This document shows, piece by piece, positions 12,231 through 21,830 of a stretch of 34,100 bases of DNA; the stretch's first letter is position 1, and every line of letters starts with the position of its first letter. This stretch comes from Dicyema japonicum (lineage: Eukaryota > Animalia > Dicyemida), in contig RDEW01000154.1 in NCBI GenBank assembly GCA_011109175.1, positions 1 through 34,100 of the forward strand, read 5' to 3'. The position numbers and the translations under genes were made by a program. A model generated the notes under the pieces. That model made no database searches and was not told where the DNA came from. It saw only the letters and a program-made list of their open reading frames with translations.

Positions 12231-12935
12231 GAAACATGAGTAGTTAATTACTGAGTCCAGTGGATATGATCAAGTGGCTGTTACCTCTGACTACTGCCAG
12301 GGATATCCATTGGAAAAGCCACTCGGTTTCCCGACGCTCCCTCGAGGCTTTGTCAATAGACACCCAAGTTTTGTCAATAGACATCAAGTTGTCAAAGACA
12401 CCCCTCGTCTAGACGACCACTGGCTGTACATGGAAACGGTTTAGGAGGCTGCTGTATTTCTTTATTTTTGAGTTTTCATATAAACGTGCGGCCTCTCCCA
12501 CTTTTAAAAATTATTTCAAAATTTATGAAATAATATTTAACTGCTTGAAACCAACTTCGGAAAAGCTCAGATAATTTCGTATTCAGCGAACGTATAGAAT
12601 AAAAGGAGTTATTTGACTACTACAATTAACAAAAACAATCATATAACCTTTAACAATTAAATTTTTTAAACTAACTTTCTTATTTGATATTAATTATTAA
12701 ATTATTTGTTGAGCTAAAATTTTCACAATATTGCGGCTAGTAAATTTTGAAGGAAGTAGATCTTCGGTTCCCATTTAAAACGGCCTCCGATAAATTTTTT
12801 CAGTTTTCTGAAAAGTTCATCAATAAACTTCACGTGATATTTTACAAAGGTCCTCGACATCTTTAGGTATAAAAATCATCTTTTTTAAATTTTATAAAAA
12901 TTGATTTAAGCGGTCCTATTGGTAAGCGGAACAAT

Positions 12936-14159
12936 TTACCAAGTCCTNTTCTCTGGTCGAACTGCAGTGACTGCCCCAAAGCTACCTGCAAAGATGCTCG
13001 CTATTTCAGTCGAGTCAGAGGTTTTAGAACCGTCCGCACGACACAGCGTACGCGCAGATGACTCTTCCCCTCTGCCCAACAGGCGCTTCAGCTGACTCCA
13101 GAAGTCCGGCCATGCGGGGTTCACCCTCTCGCAGGCCCTCCTCCATTTGTCGCTCTGGAAGTCAACGAGCGCCATCCTGATTTCCCTTCTCAAAGAGTTC
13201 ACTTTCTTCTGGTAGTTGATCCGGTTGTATGTGCTCCTCGCTTTGAATCGCAGGTACCTCTTTCTAAGTGTTATCTTACTTAAAATCAGGCCTGCAATCT
13301 GTGCGAAATCTTCACCATGCGGACGTAACCGGAAGTTAGTTCGCATGTATTCCTCGAGGACACCACCCAGGGTGGAATACAATTCTTTTACGTACGCTTC
13401 ACTACAAACTTGCCCTTTGAGAGAAGGGAGTTTTCTATCCATGAACGACTCCAGGTTATCCCAAGTGCAAGAGCCCAAATCATAGCCAATTGGGGCCTGA
13501 GGTCGAACAGGTTCGTGAAGCTCGGTGAGTAGGGGACGGTGATCGCTTCCGATGTCCCTAAGAACACAAGGTACGGAGAGCATACCAATTAATGAAGGGG
13601 AGGCTACGGCCATACCCAAGAAGTCCTCTCCTCCTCGTGTATCTTTGTGATTGGGGTCAGTCGATGTAGTGATTGAGAGTCCAAGATTCCAGGCTAATTC
13701 CCGGAGTGCTGATCCAGCCCTATTATTAACAAAACAGCCAAAATCTGAATACTTAGCATTCAGATCACCAAAAATAACGCAGTGGGGATATATGTCAAAG
13801 GCAGTTTTAATGTGGTCCTTACACAACCACAACTGCTTGGCATACATTGCCCCTATAACAACGCTAAAGCTAGATAATCTAATTTGTAAAAATATTAACT
13901 CGCAATGAGGACAATTTGAAATACCTTGGACGACTGCTGCTAGACTCGTCCTCCAATAGATACTAGTGCCCGAACCTCTATGTGTGTCATTCCACAAGAG
14001 ATGACAACTAGTATAGCCTTTAAAGTCTGCAGCAGCCGTATCCTTACACTTGGTCTCGTTGAGGACCAAGATGTTTACCTCCAGGGAGTCCAGAAGATCC
14101 TCGATGGCCTTCCTTCTTCTCCGGAGGGACCTAACATTAACTGAAATGATGCGTAACAT
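12936..14159 (-). CDS. LINE ORF2, 5' part: APE endonuclease and linker, truncated before the RT
   Basis: About 408 open codons with ISVNVRSL, LVLNETK, IFGDLNAK, IGSDHRPL and PDFWSQLKRLL; one n near the broken end. Confidence 0.9.
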   Translation of the reverse strand: MLRIISVNVRSLRRRRKAIEDLLDSLEVNILVLNETKCKDTAAADFKGYTSCHLLWNDTHRGSGTSIYWRTSLAAVVQGISNCPHCELIFLQIRLSSFSVVIGAMYAKQLWLCKDHIKTAFDIYPHCVIFGDLNAKYSDFGCFVNNRAGSALRELAWNLGLSITTSTDPNHKDTRGGEDFLGMAVASPSLIGMLSVPCVLRDIGSDHRPLLTELHEPVRPQAPIGYDLGSCTWDNLESFMDRKLPSLKGQVCSEAYVKELYSTLGGVLEEYMRTNFRLRPHGEDFAQIAGLILSKITLRKRYLRFKARSTYNRINYQKKVNSLRREIRMALVDFQSDKWRRACERVNPAWPDFWSQLKRLLGRGEESSARTLCRADGSKTSDSTEIASIFAGSFGAVTAVRPEXRTW

Positions 14160-14918
14160 CACTTCGGCGCACTTACCTTCCTATCACAGAGCGCAATGTC
14201 CCTAAGCGCATTAGGGAACTTTGAACCTGTGCTGCTACAGTATCGACTTACCACGCGGTGGACAGCGCTTACATCACTGACCACTCCAGAGGAGGGTGCC
14301 TGCCTTCTCCCCTGTGGTACCTTCTCCGTCGCCTCCTGATACAGGGGGCACTTGGTATGGCTCGCCATGTGTCCTTCCTGGCCACAATTCACGCATTTTA
14401 GAGACCTGACTCTGGATTGACAGGCCTTCCGTGAATTTGGACCCCCGCAATTTAGGCACTTCTCTTTATAAGTGCAGCGGGAGCGAATCCCTGGCATCTG
14501 TAGCACTGGATTGCTACCGGTCGCTCTCGGGCCACACCAAATCTAAAGTAACCTATCTTTAACTTCTCAAGGCAGATCCTCTCTGCTTCTGCTCCGGACC
14601 TTATCCAGACCTTGAGAGTCCGTAGCCTCTGACTCCCACTTTTGAAGCGCTCGATCTTGTGCGCCGTGGGGTAGTCCTTTTTGATGAACTCTAGTACATC
14701 CTTATCAACAAAGTCCAGAGGGACCCCAAAGACTAGTACAATCGAGTCCGTTACCTTGGGGATGACCCGAGACATGTTATGTGCCCCGGGCCCAAAAGGT
14801 ACCTTCTTATTCACCTCACCTTCAAAAGCTGAGGCGTCCACGTCGTTTCTGAATCCCACCAACAAGTGGGATTCTCCACGTCTGACGATCCTTCCTTTGG
14901 CATAGGTAGCCAGAGTGG
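14159..14918 (-). pseudogene. LINE ORF1 (gag-like, three C-terminal zinc knuckles), 5'-truncated and frameshifted
   Basis: CYRCQG, CLNCGGP..C and CVNCGQEGH....CP; frameshift in the first knuckle near 14500; stop overlaps the ORF2 ATG. Confidence 0.85.
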
Positions 14919-15066
14919 TTGTAGGAAAAAAAGTCAAGTGGAAAAAAAGTCAAGTCCGTAAGCGGAAAAAAGTCAAGTTGTCTTTTTTTAGTTTATATCG
15001 CATTTTTGTGATACTACTAGCATCTTTTAATTTTTAAAAATTTTTTCAATATTTGACTTTTTTTCC
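14916..15066. repeat. TIR-like end with GGAAAAAAAGTCAA motif array
   Basis: Three motif copies at 14923-14977 and an inverted copy at 15053-15066; 14971-15051 is the exact reverse complement of 18047-18127. Confidence 0.8.
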
Positions 15067-15415
15067 ATTTTTGAAAATTTTTTCCGTTTATAAATTAAGA
15101 TTTCTATTCATGATCGTTTCATTTTAAAGTAAGCGAGTTTAGAATAACAAATTATTTAAATAGTTAATTCTGGCTAATGTTAATGCATTAAAATGTCCCG
15201 CCACAACTAAAACTACACGTGGTGGAAATAAATTCTAAAAATAAAACAGATTTTTTCTACTTTTAAAATTTTTTAAAATGTTATAAACATATGATTTTTA
15301 TTTAACGTGAATCAAAAGAATATTTAATATTCCATGCAATTGCTTTTAGGGCTTCTCCTACTGTTTTTTTCCGTCCTGGCGATCCAGACATATATTTAAA
15401 AGTTTTTTTTGTCCA

Positions 15416-15613
15416 TCAATCGTTTTTTTGATTTGTTCTTGTTGAAATTCTTTTTCCAAAGGAATCCTGGTCAATAATAGTTTTCTTCATTTTTTCTTCT
15501 TTTTGGAATGACGATATAATATTCCATATCGATGGATGACGATATCCCGTCAAATTGTATAATTTATTGTTCCACCCTTCACAATAGTTNTTGTCTCTTA
15601 TTTTTTGCGGCAA
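15416..15613 (-). mobile_element. MULE transposase C-terminal fragment
   Basis: NYCEGWNNKLYNLTGYRHPSIWNIISSFQKEE fits the RTNN..EGW.N...HP.IW..I..LQKE motif. Confidence 0.7.
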
Positions 15614-15664
15614 GCATAATATTTAAAATACGCCTAATTATAACCTTAAAATCCGTATATTGAT

Positions 15665-15847
15665 TAAGTCAAAAAGATTAAACCAAAGCGAAAAAAGTCA
15701 AAGTCAAAAAGATTAAACCAAAGCGAAAAAAGTTAAGTCAATTTTATTATTACCTTGAAATTCTTAAATTGATTTAGTCAAAGCGATTATACCAAAGCGG
15801 AAAAAAAGTCAAGTCCGTAATTTCGTTAACGGACTTGACTTTTTTTC
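15665..15847. repeat. Further GCGGAAAAAAAGTCAA motif array ending in a 19-bp perfect inverted repeat
   Basis: Arms 15800-15818 and 15829-15847 with a 10-nt spacer, immediately before the N gap. Confidence 0.8.
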
Positions 15848-16062
15848 NNNNNNNNNNNNNNNNNNNNNNNNNNNNNNNNNNNNNNNNNNNNNNNNNNNNN
15901 NNNNNNNNNNNNNNNNNNNNNNNNNNNNNNNNNNNNNNNNNNNNNNNNNNNNNNNNNNNNNNNNNNNNNNNNNNNNNNNNNNNNNNNNNNNNNNNNNNNN
16001 NNNNNNNNNNNNNNNNNNNNNNNNNNNNNNNNNNNNNNNNNNNNNNNNNNNNNNNNNNNNNN
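15848..16062. other. Assembly gap
   Basis: Run of N. Confidence 1.
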
Positions 16063-16796
16063 TAGTTTTGTCTACCAAGAATGTCTAGGTGTTTGTTTCG
16101 GTGTAGGCGGTTACTGACATGCATGTTTCTTAACCACCTCCTTTGCTGGCAATTAAAGGTTTTCAATGGGGGAAAGGTGAGTTAATATTTGACAAGGAAT
16201 AATTAATCTATGAAGATTGGAAACGTAATCTCTTCAAGGCTAGGAGATCCTCGGGAGCGGAGTTGGTTAGTCTTGGAATTGCTATCATTCCCAGTAATCC
16301 CGATTGTTTCTTGGAAACTGGTGCTTGATTTTTTTCTTTTTCCTGATAAAAAATTAATCTGTTATTGACTCAAGGACATGAAGATCATCATTTGGCAGGT
16401 GTTCCATATTTTTACGATATAACCACAGCCTATAAAAATTTTCCATTTTTAGCAAAAAAAGCTTTCTTCTTTCCATGTTCTCCAGTAACATCTTTCCGAC
16501 TATAAAGAGGCTGAGTTCATTTAGTTCCAATCTTTACTTTCACGCTGTTATGAGGTGAGTTCTTGAGGTTTTTACCAATCATCTGACGAACTTATCCGCT
16601 TCTTCATAAACAGGGTGCTCAAAATCCAAAGATCCAACGTCACATATGGAAAATTGCCTTATGTCTAAAAATCGATAGTTTTGACAATTGGTTGTCCCCA
16701 AAATTGTCTAACGGTTGGGGACCACAGCTGTGTACAAACATACGAAGACACAAAATTAGTATTATATGTAGATAGTGTCTCCTTGACATGCTTAGT

Positions 16797-17834
16797 CTAG
16801 CATTTCCGTGAGTCCTCAAACATCAATTTCGACATTGAACTTACATAGTCTTGTANGCTGATTGATCTCAAACCAAGTTCATTCAACGCGTCTTGCTTTT
16901 GCGCGTTAAAATATGAAATCAGATTAAAAATTGGACGCACGTGGGCGACTGACGACTTGAGTTTAACCACTCCTATCTTCGGCACCTTTAGCCGAACTAG
17001 TGTAGTTAGTCCTCCGTATACCTGTTCATTCTTCTTTTCTTTCGGCACGTGCGCTCTTGATTGATTCGAGCCTGCAAAATGCTTTTTAGGGCACTTTGCG
17101 GTTTCTGGACCCGAATCACGCACGTTCTGCGGTTTGGCAGAAACCGCAGACTTCCTCTTTCTCCCTACTGTAGTCCAACCTACAGTAATCGGGAGACGGT
17201 CCTCTTGTCTTCCTTCGTTGAGGGCAGGCACAGCCTGTTGGACCGCTGGCTGTGTGACGGATTCAGCCCTGCCCTCGGTTCTCGGTCCTTGATTCCTTTC
17301 AAGAGGCTGAGTCTTGCCCTCAACCTCCATCCTCCTCGTCCCATGCACAGCTTGTTCAACCGCTAGCTGTGCTGGGATGTTTTCCTCAGTCCTTGGATCC
17401 ATTACAGGAGGCTGAGTCTTGCTCTCAACCTCCATCCTCCTCGGTGCAGGCACAGCTTGAACAACCGCTTGCTGTGTGGGGATGTCCGCTGCAGTGTGGA
17501 AAGCAGCCCTGCCATCGATCCCCATATTCACTCTGAAGGACAGAAGGATCGAGTCGCGAACGACCCTCCTGAGCTTCTCGATTCCTCGGACTCCTCTAAA
17601 ATACAGTCCAATATTGGGCTTATTTGTGAAGAGTCCTTGTACCACGTGGGCCGCTGTGTCGCAGACCACACGTGAGATGTCCTGATAATCGTCCAAACTT
17701 CTTACGGAACGTGTTGTGCTACTAACTTTAACTGCCGCCCGTTTAGATCCTTTTGTGCTAACTTTTTGAACCATTTTCGTCCTTGGAACTTTTGCTCCAG
17801 TTGATTTTCTAGCAGTTTGTTTTGTTCGTGCCAT
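16797..17834 (-). CDS. Hypothetical protein with an N-terminal histone H3 tail mimic and no histone fold
   Basis: 345 open codons from ATG starting MARTKQTARKSTGAKVPRTKMVQK; internal 35-aa repeats; GRKRK basic cluster; one n at 16856; candidate 24-nt intron at 17682-17705. Confidence 0.65.
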   Translation of the reverse strand: MARTKQTARKSTGAKVPRTKMVQKVSTKGSKRAAVKVSSTTRSVRSLDDYQDISRVVCDTAAHVVQGLFTNKPNIGLYFRGVRGIEKLRRVVRDSILLSFRVNMGIDGRAAFHTAADIPTQQAVVQAVPAPRRMEVESKTQPPVMDPRTEENIPAQLAVEQAVHGTRRMEVEGKTQPLERNQGPRTEGRAESVTQPAVQQAVPALNEGRQEDRLPITVGWTTVGRKRKSAVSAKPQNVRDSGPETAKCPKKHFAGSNQSRAHVPKEKKNEQVYGGLTTLVRLKVPKIGVVKLKSSVAHVRPIFNLISYFNAQKQDALNELGLRSISXQDYVSSMSKLMFEDSRKC

Positions 17835-17933
17835 TATTTATCGATGAATGAATGAAAATTATCGATGGAATGGAAGGAAAAATTTTTATTAGGCAAAAAC
17901 AAATAGTTAGAAATTAGGGAAGAACTAAACTAA

Positions 17934-18192
17934 GTGGAGTGCGGAAAAAAAGTCAAGCGGAAAAAAGGTCAAGCGGAAAAAAAGTCAAGTCCGTAAGGGG
18001 AAAAAAAGTCAAGCGGAAAAAAAGGATCTGCCTTGAGAAGTTAAAGTATTGAAAAAATTTTTAAAAATTAAAAGATGCTAGTAGTATCACAAAAATGCGA
18101 TATAAACTAAAAAAAGACAACTTGACTTTTTTTCCGCTTGACTTTTTTTCCGCTTGACCTTTTTTCCACTTGACTTTTTTTCCGCACTCCAC
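17934..18192. mobile_element. MITE-like unit or transposon end made of inverted 16-bp motif arrays
   Basis: GTGGAGTGCGGAAAAAAAGTCAAG at the left end and its reverse complement at the right end; 4-5 motif copies per side; no target-site duplication seen. Confidence 0.65.
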
Positions 18193-18479
18193 TCTGGCTA
18201 CCTATGCGAAAGGAAGGATCGTCAGACGAGGAGAATCCCACTTGTTGGTGGGATTCAGAAATGACGTGGACGCCTCAGCTTTTGAAGCTGAGGTGAATAA
18301 GAAGGTTCCTTTTGGGCCCGGGGCACATAACATGTCTCGGGTCATCCCCAAGGTACACGACTCGATTGTACTAGTCTTCGGAGTCCCTCTGGACTTTGTT
18401 GATGAGGATGTACTCGAGTACATCAAAAAGGACTACCCCACGGCGCACAAGATCGAGCGCTTCAAGAGTGGGAGTCAGA
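18189..18479 (+). mobile_element. Second copy of the LINE ORF1, running into the gap
   Basis: About 95% identical (14 mismatches in about 290 nt by hand count) to the reverse complement of about 14628-14918. Confidence 0.9.
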
Positions 18480-19066
18480 NNNNNNNNNNNNNNNNNNNNN
18501 NNNNNNNNNNNNNNNNNNNNNNNNNNNNNNNNNNNNNNNNNNNNNNNNNNNNNNNNNNNNNNNNNNNNNNNNNNNNNNNNNNNNNNNNNNNNNNNNNNNN
18601 NNNNNNNNNNNNNNNNNNNNNNNNNNNNNNNNNNNNNNNNNNNNNNNNNNNNNNNNNNNNNNNNNNNNNNNNNNNNNNNNNNNNNNNNNNNNNNNNNNNN
18701 NNNNNNNNNNNNNNNNNNNNNNNNNNNNNNNNNNNNNNNNNNNNNNNNNNNNNNNNNNNNNNNNNNNNNNNNNNNNNNNNNNNNNNNNNNNNNNNNNNNN
18801 NNNNNNNNNNNNNNNNNNNNNNNNNNNNNNNNNNNNNNNNNNNNNNNNNNNNNNNNNNNNNNNNNNNNNNNNNNNNNNNNNNNNNNNNNNNNNNNNNNNN
18901 NNNNNNNNNNNNNNNNNNNNNNNNNNNNNNNNNNNNNNNNNNNNNNNNNNNNNNNNNNNNNNNNNNNNNNNNNNNNNNNNNNNNNNNNNNNNNNNNNNNN
19001 NNNNNNNNNNNNNNNNNNNNNNNNNNNNNNNNNNNNNNNNNNNNNNNNNNNNNNNNNNNNNNNNNN
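18480..19066. other. Assembly gap
   Basis: Run of N. Confidence 1.
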
Positions 19067-19554
19067 ATCTGAAGAAGGAAGAGAAATTTTCAACCAATTG
19101 ACCATATAGCACCACATAGCGCCTCACGGACGTATGCATATGAAACTTCCAAAGTTCTAGATTGTATCTGAGGTTATAAAATATTAATGAGGACCATAAA
19201 GACCGTGATGATCCGAAGTAGTGTAGAAACTATCAGGATTATCCAAGTGCGGTATTTATTCTTAGAATTCGGCACATCAAAACACACCAAATTTTATTTC
19301 CATGACAACGACTATGGAATCGACTGAGGCGTTTCAGTTCAACTGATGCCTTGGTCAAAAATCTCACGTCTCAAACTTAAAAGTATTCATATTTCCCCCA
19401 GAATGCCAAATCTAATCTCACTTTCTCCAGAGACTTCCGAGAACGTTCTAGCCGTCTATTTCCCTTGTTTTCGAAAGGTAATATATTTAAATAGCTATGG
19501 CCTTCAATCTTTTCCTGTTATTATTTAGTATGGTATATGCTATTTTATTTTAAT

Positions 19555-19630
19555 TTTTTTAATTAACAAAAGACCACGGTAAAACAAAACTAATTATCAC
19601 GTGATCCCGATGCATCTAACAGAGACCTCA
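19555..19630 (-). mobile_element. Very short LINE 3' end
   Basis: tgcatcgggatcacgtgataattagttttgttttaccgtggtctttt on the minus strand, the same terminus as 3150-3207. Confidence 0.75.
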
Positions 19631-20320
19631 CTCTACAATTACTCAATAAACGAACTTAATTATGCTGAGAATAAAACTACAATCGAGGAGGTCAAAAAGC
19701 AATTAAAGGCATGTAAGGCCAATGCTCCGGGCTTCGACCACGTCAACGTGCAAATGCTAACGATCGTAGGCCACACTACTCGTCTTGCAATGTCTATTCA
19801 ACGCAAGTATAAATTATCGATGTATCCCAACATGGTGGAAGAAGTTTACAGTCAGAATGATTCTCAAACCTGTAAAGTCGGAGAGGGAACCTCATAATTT
19901 TAGACCGATCAGCCTTATATGCTCAATATCCAAGATTATTGACTATTCTACTTAACATCAATCCAATTTTATCCGCATTACATTTAACCAACAATCAGCT
20001 ACTCTTGTCCAACATGGGGCACTAAAATATCGTATACGAATAAAAAAATCAATTCCTTCCAAGAAACAGTCACGAGGGCCTTACAAAGACTCTCATTGTT
20101 GATAATCCAACTTCGTTGAAAGAACATGTAAGAAGGACGGTGGCCTATTTGAAAACTCCAATTTTCCAAAAAGTAGATCATCCATACAGGAAGTGTATCG
20201 GCTCTTGGGAGAAACACTGAGAAAGAATAAGACGGCTGATTAAGGATACCGGAATCACCTGATTGCCAATATTCCATTATATTTTGCCGTTGATTCTTGG
20301 TTTTTTAATAAATAAATAAT
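19630..20320 (+). mobile_element. LINE remnant: RT N-terminus joined to thumb and 3' end, RT core missing
   Basis: TTIEEVKKQLKACKANAPGFDHV, FRPISL..SISKII, then YSCPTWG and ERIRRLIKDTGIT*, followed by an aataaataaa tail. Confidence 0.7.
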
Positions 20321-21106
20321 GGCCGACATCAAATAATAATGTCGAACTACCTTTTTAATGAAAATAACTTCAGATGATATCGGATCTTACTGTCGTCGGT
20401 TAGAATCCATAGGATTGACTTTCAGTGAAGGCTCATTCTCGTCAAATAGATCCCACCCGTAAGGGGACTCCTCCTTCTGGAACGATAAAGTTGTTGAAAG
20501 GGATCTTCCATTTTTTTGTGAACAAATCAACTCATGAAAATTATCATGAAAAATCTTCCGCCTAAGAATGAAGTGATGTCAGCGACGGAAGGAGCTGTAT
20601 TGAAAATAGAAGAGGAAGGACCTACTTCTACACTTCTCTTCAAAAGCTGAAGCCTGTAATAGACTATTGGAGGATGGATTCGATCAGCACAAACAGATTT
20701 AATCCCTTCCTTGGATTAATTAGTCATGATAGTACTGTGCTTAACAAATATGAAAATCTTAAGGTTAATATATAAAATTTCAATATTAGGTTCTTTTAAG
20801 CGCAAAGCTAGTGACATAGCTTGATTGAACTAAACGTCTTAATATTTTCTAGAAAAATGACTCTATCATAAACTATTTTGCAGGGTTAATGAAATGCCTG
20901 CTAAAAACGCTTAATCCAATCTTATGAAGTGGAATCCAGCCTTGGAAAAAATAGAGATCTTAGATACTGAATCTGAGATGAAATGACATCTCAGAAGGTT
21001 CCTTTATTATTAATTTGCTTTTAAAAGAAGAGGAGCACAGAAAAAAGTGAATTTTAAATCATTCGAAAAACATTTTAATAATTCAAAACGTTAAAATGGC
21101 TTATTT

Positions 21107-21830
21107 CTATTGACGAATAAAAAGTATCCTTTTCCCTTGGAAGGATTGATATTCCACACTGAAACAATTACAATAAATACTTGTGGCATCAACTCCCTGA
21201 TGATTATAAGGAGCCACAGTAAATAAAATGTTAAAGGCATTTCGAACAGCACGGCTGGTATTTACAGGCCGTTTATAAAAACTATGATTATATACGCTAT
21301 AAGTAAGGTTCACTATTTACCATCCATCCAAAATTGTCGAAACCATGCTAGGCTTATATCCGATGCATGCCATAAATTTAACATCCGAATCCCCTCGAAT
21401 GCCTATTTTCATCAAATTAACCTTCATGTTGCTATTTAGGCCAACGACTAAAGCTTCCTAAGAAGATTATAGTCACAAGAACTGTCAGAGATGTTTGACA
21501 TTTCATATAAGCTGCGAGTTTGTATGTAAAATGGGAAACTGAAAGAATTGCATGAGTTTGTTTCTGATAAAACTCACTATTTTTTATTACAACGGATACT
21601 TTTTTATGTTTAATGCTTCATTGTGCAAATTGAAAACTTCACTTTCTATCCCAGCCAGTCCAACTGCTATATACTCGGTGATTTCAAATATTCTGTAGCA
21701 AGGACGATTGCCGGCTATAAATTAGCAAAGAGTCACGTTCAGGAATATCATTAGCTCCAAGAGCATCAGAAGCAATTATTACGCAATCGGAATAAATAAA
21801 TGCAATAATCGCGTTACTAGTAATTTCCAT
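21107..21830 (-). CDS. Divergent proteasome beta-type (Ntn-fold) subunit, most like beta-3; spliced
   Basis: Exons 21830-21737, 21714-21600, 21576-21483, 21457-21321 and 21296-21107, joined by GT-AG introns of 22, 23, 25 and 24 nt, give a stop-free 209-aa ORF with DCVIIASD, RIFEITEYIAVGLAG and TEALVVGLN. A possible extra 21-nt in-frame intron lies in the last exon. Confidence 0.72.

Noticed and set aside
16208-16246. LALKRLRFQSS on the minus strand as the missing H3/CenH3 histone fold
   Set aside because: It is followed immediately by a stop, has no flanking fold helices in frame, and lies about 550 nt past the ORF stop; likely chance, though worth rechecking with spliced alignment.
17941-18185. 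CRISPR array
   Set aside because: The 16-bp units are directly adjacent with no unique spacers, the context is eukaryotic, and there are no cas genes.
15774-19139. Long ORFs in the track that span N runs
   Set aside because: Artefacts of translating gaps.
19555-19990. Twin-priming 5' inversion of one LINE insertion
   Set aside because: The plus-strand piece has its own 3' end at about 20250-20320, so two head-to-head truncated copies explain it.
20530-21050. Spliced host gene on the plus strand
   Set aside because: Intron-like 26-30 nt segments exist, but no splicing model removes the stops and I recognise no family.
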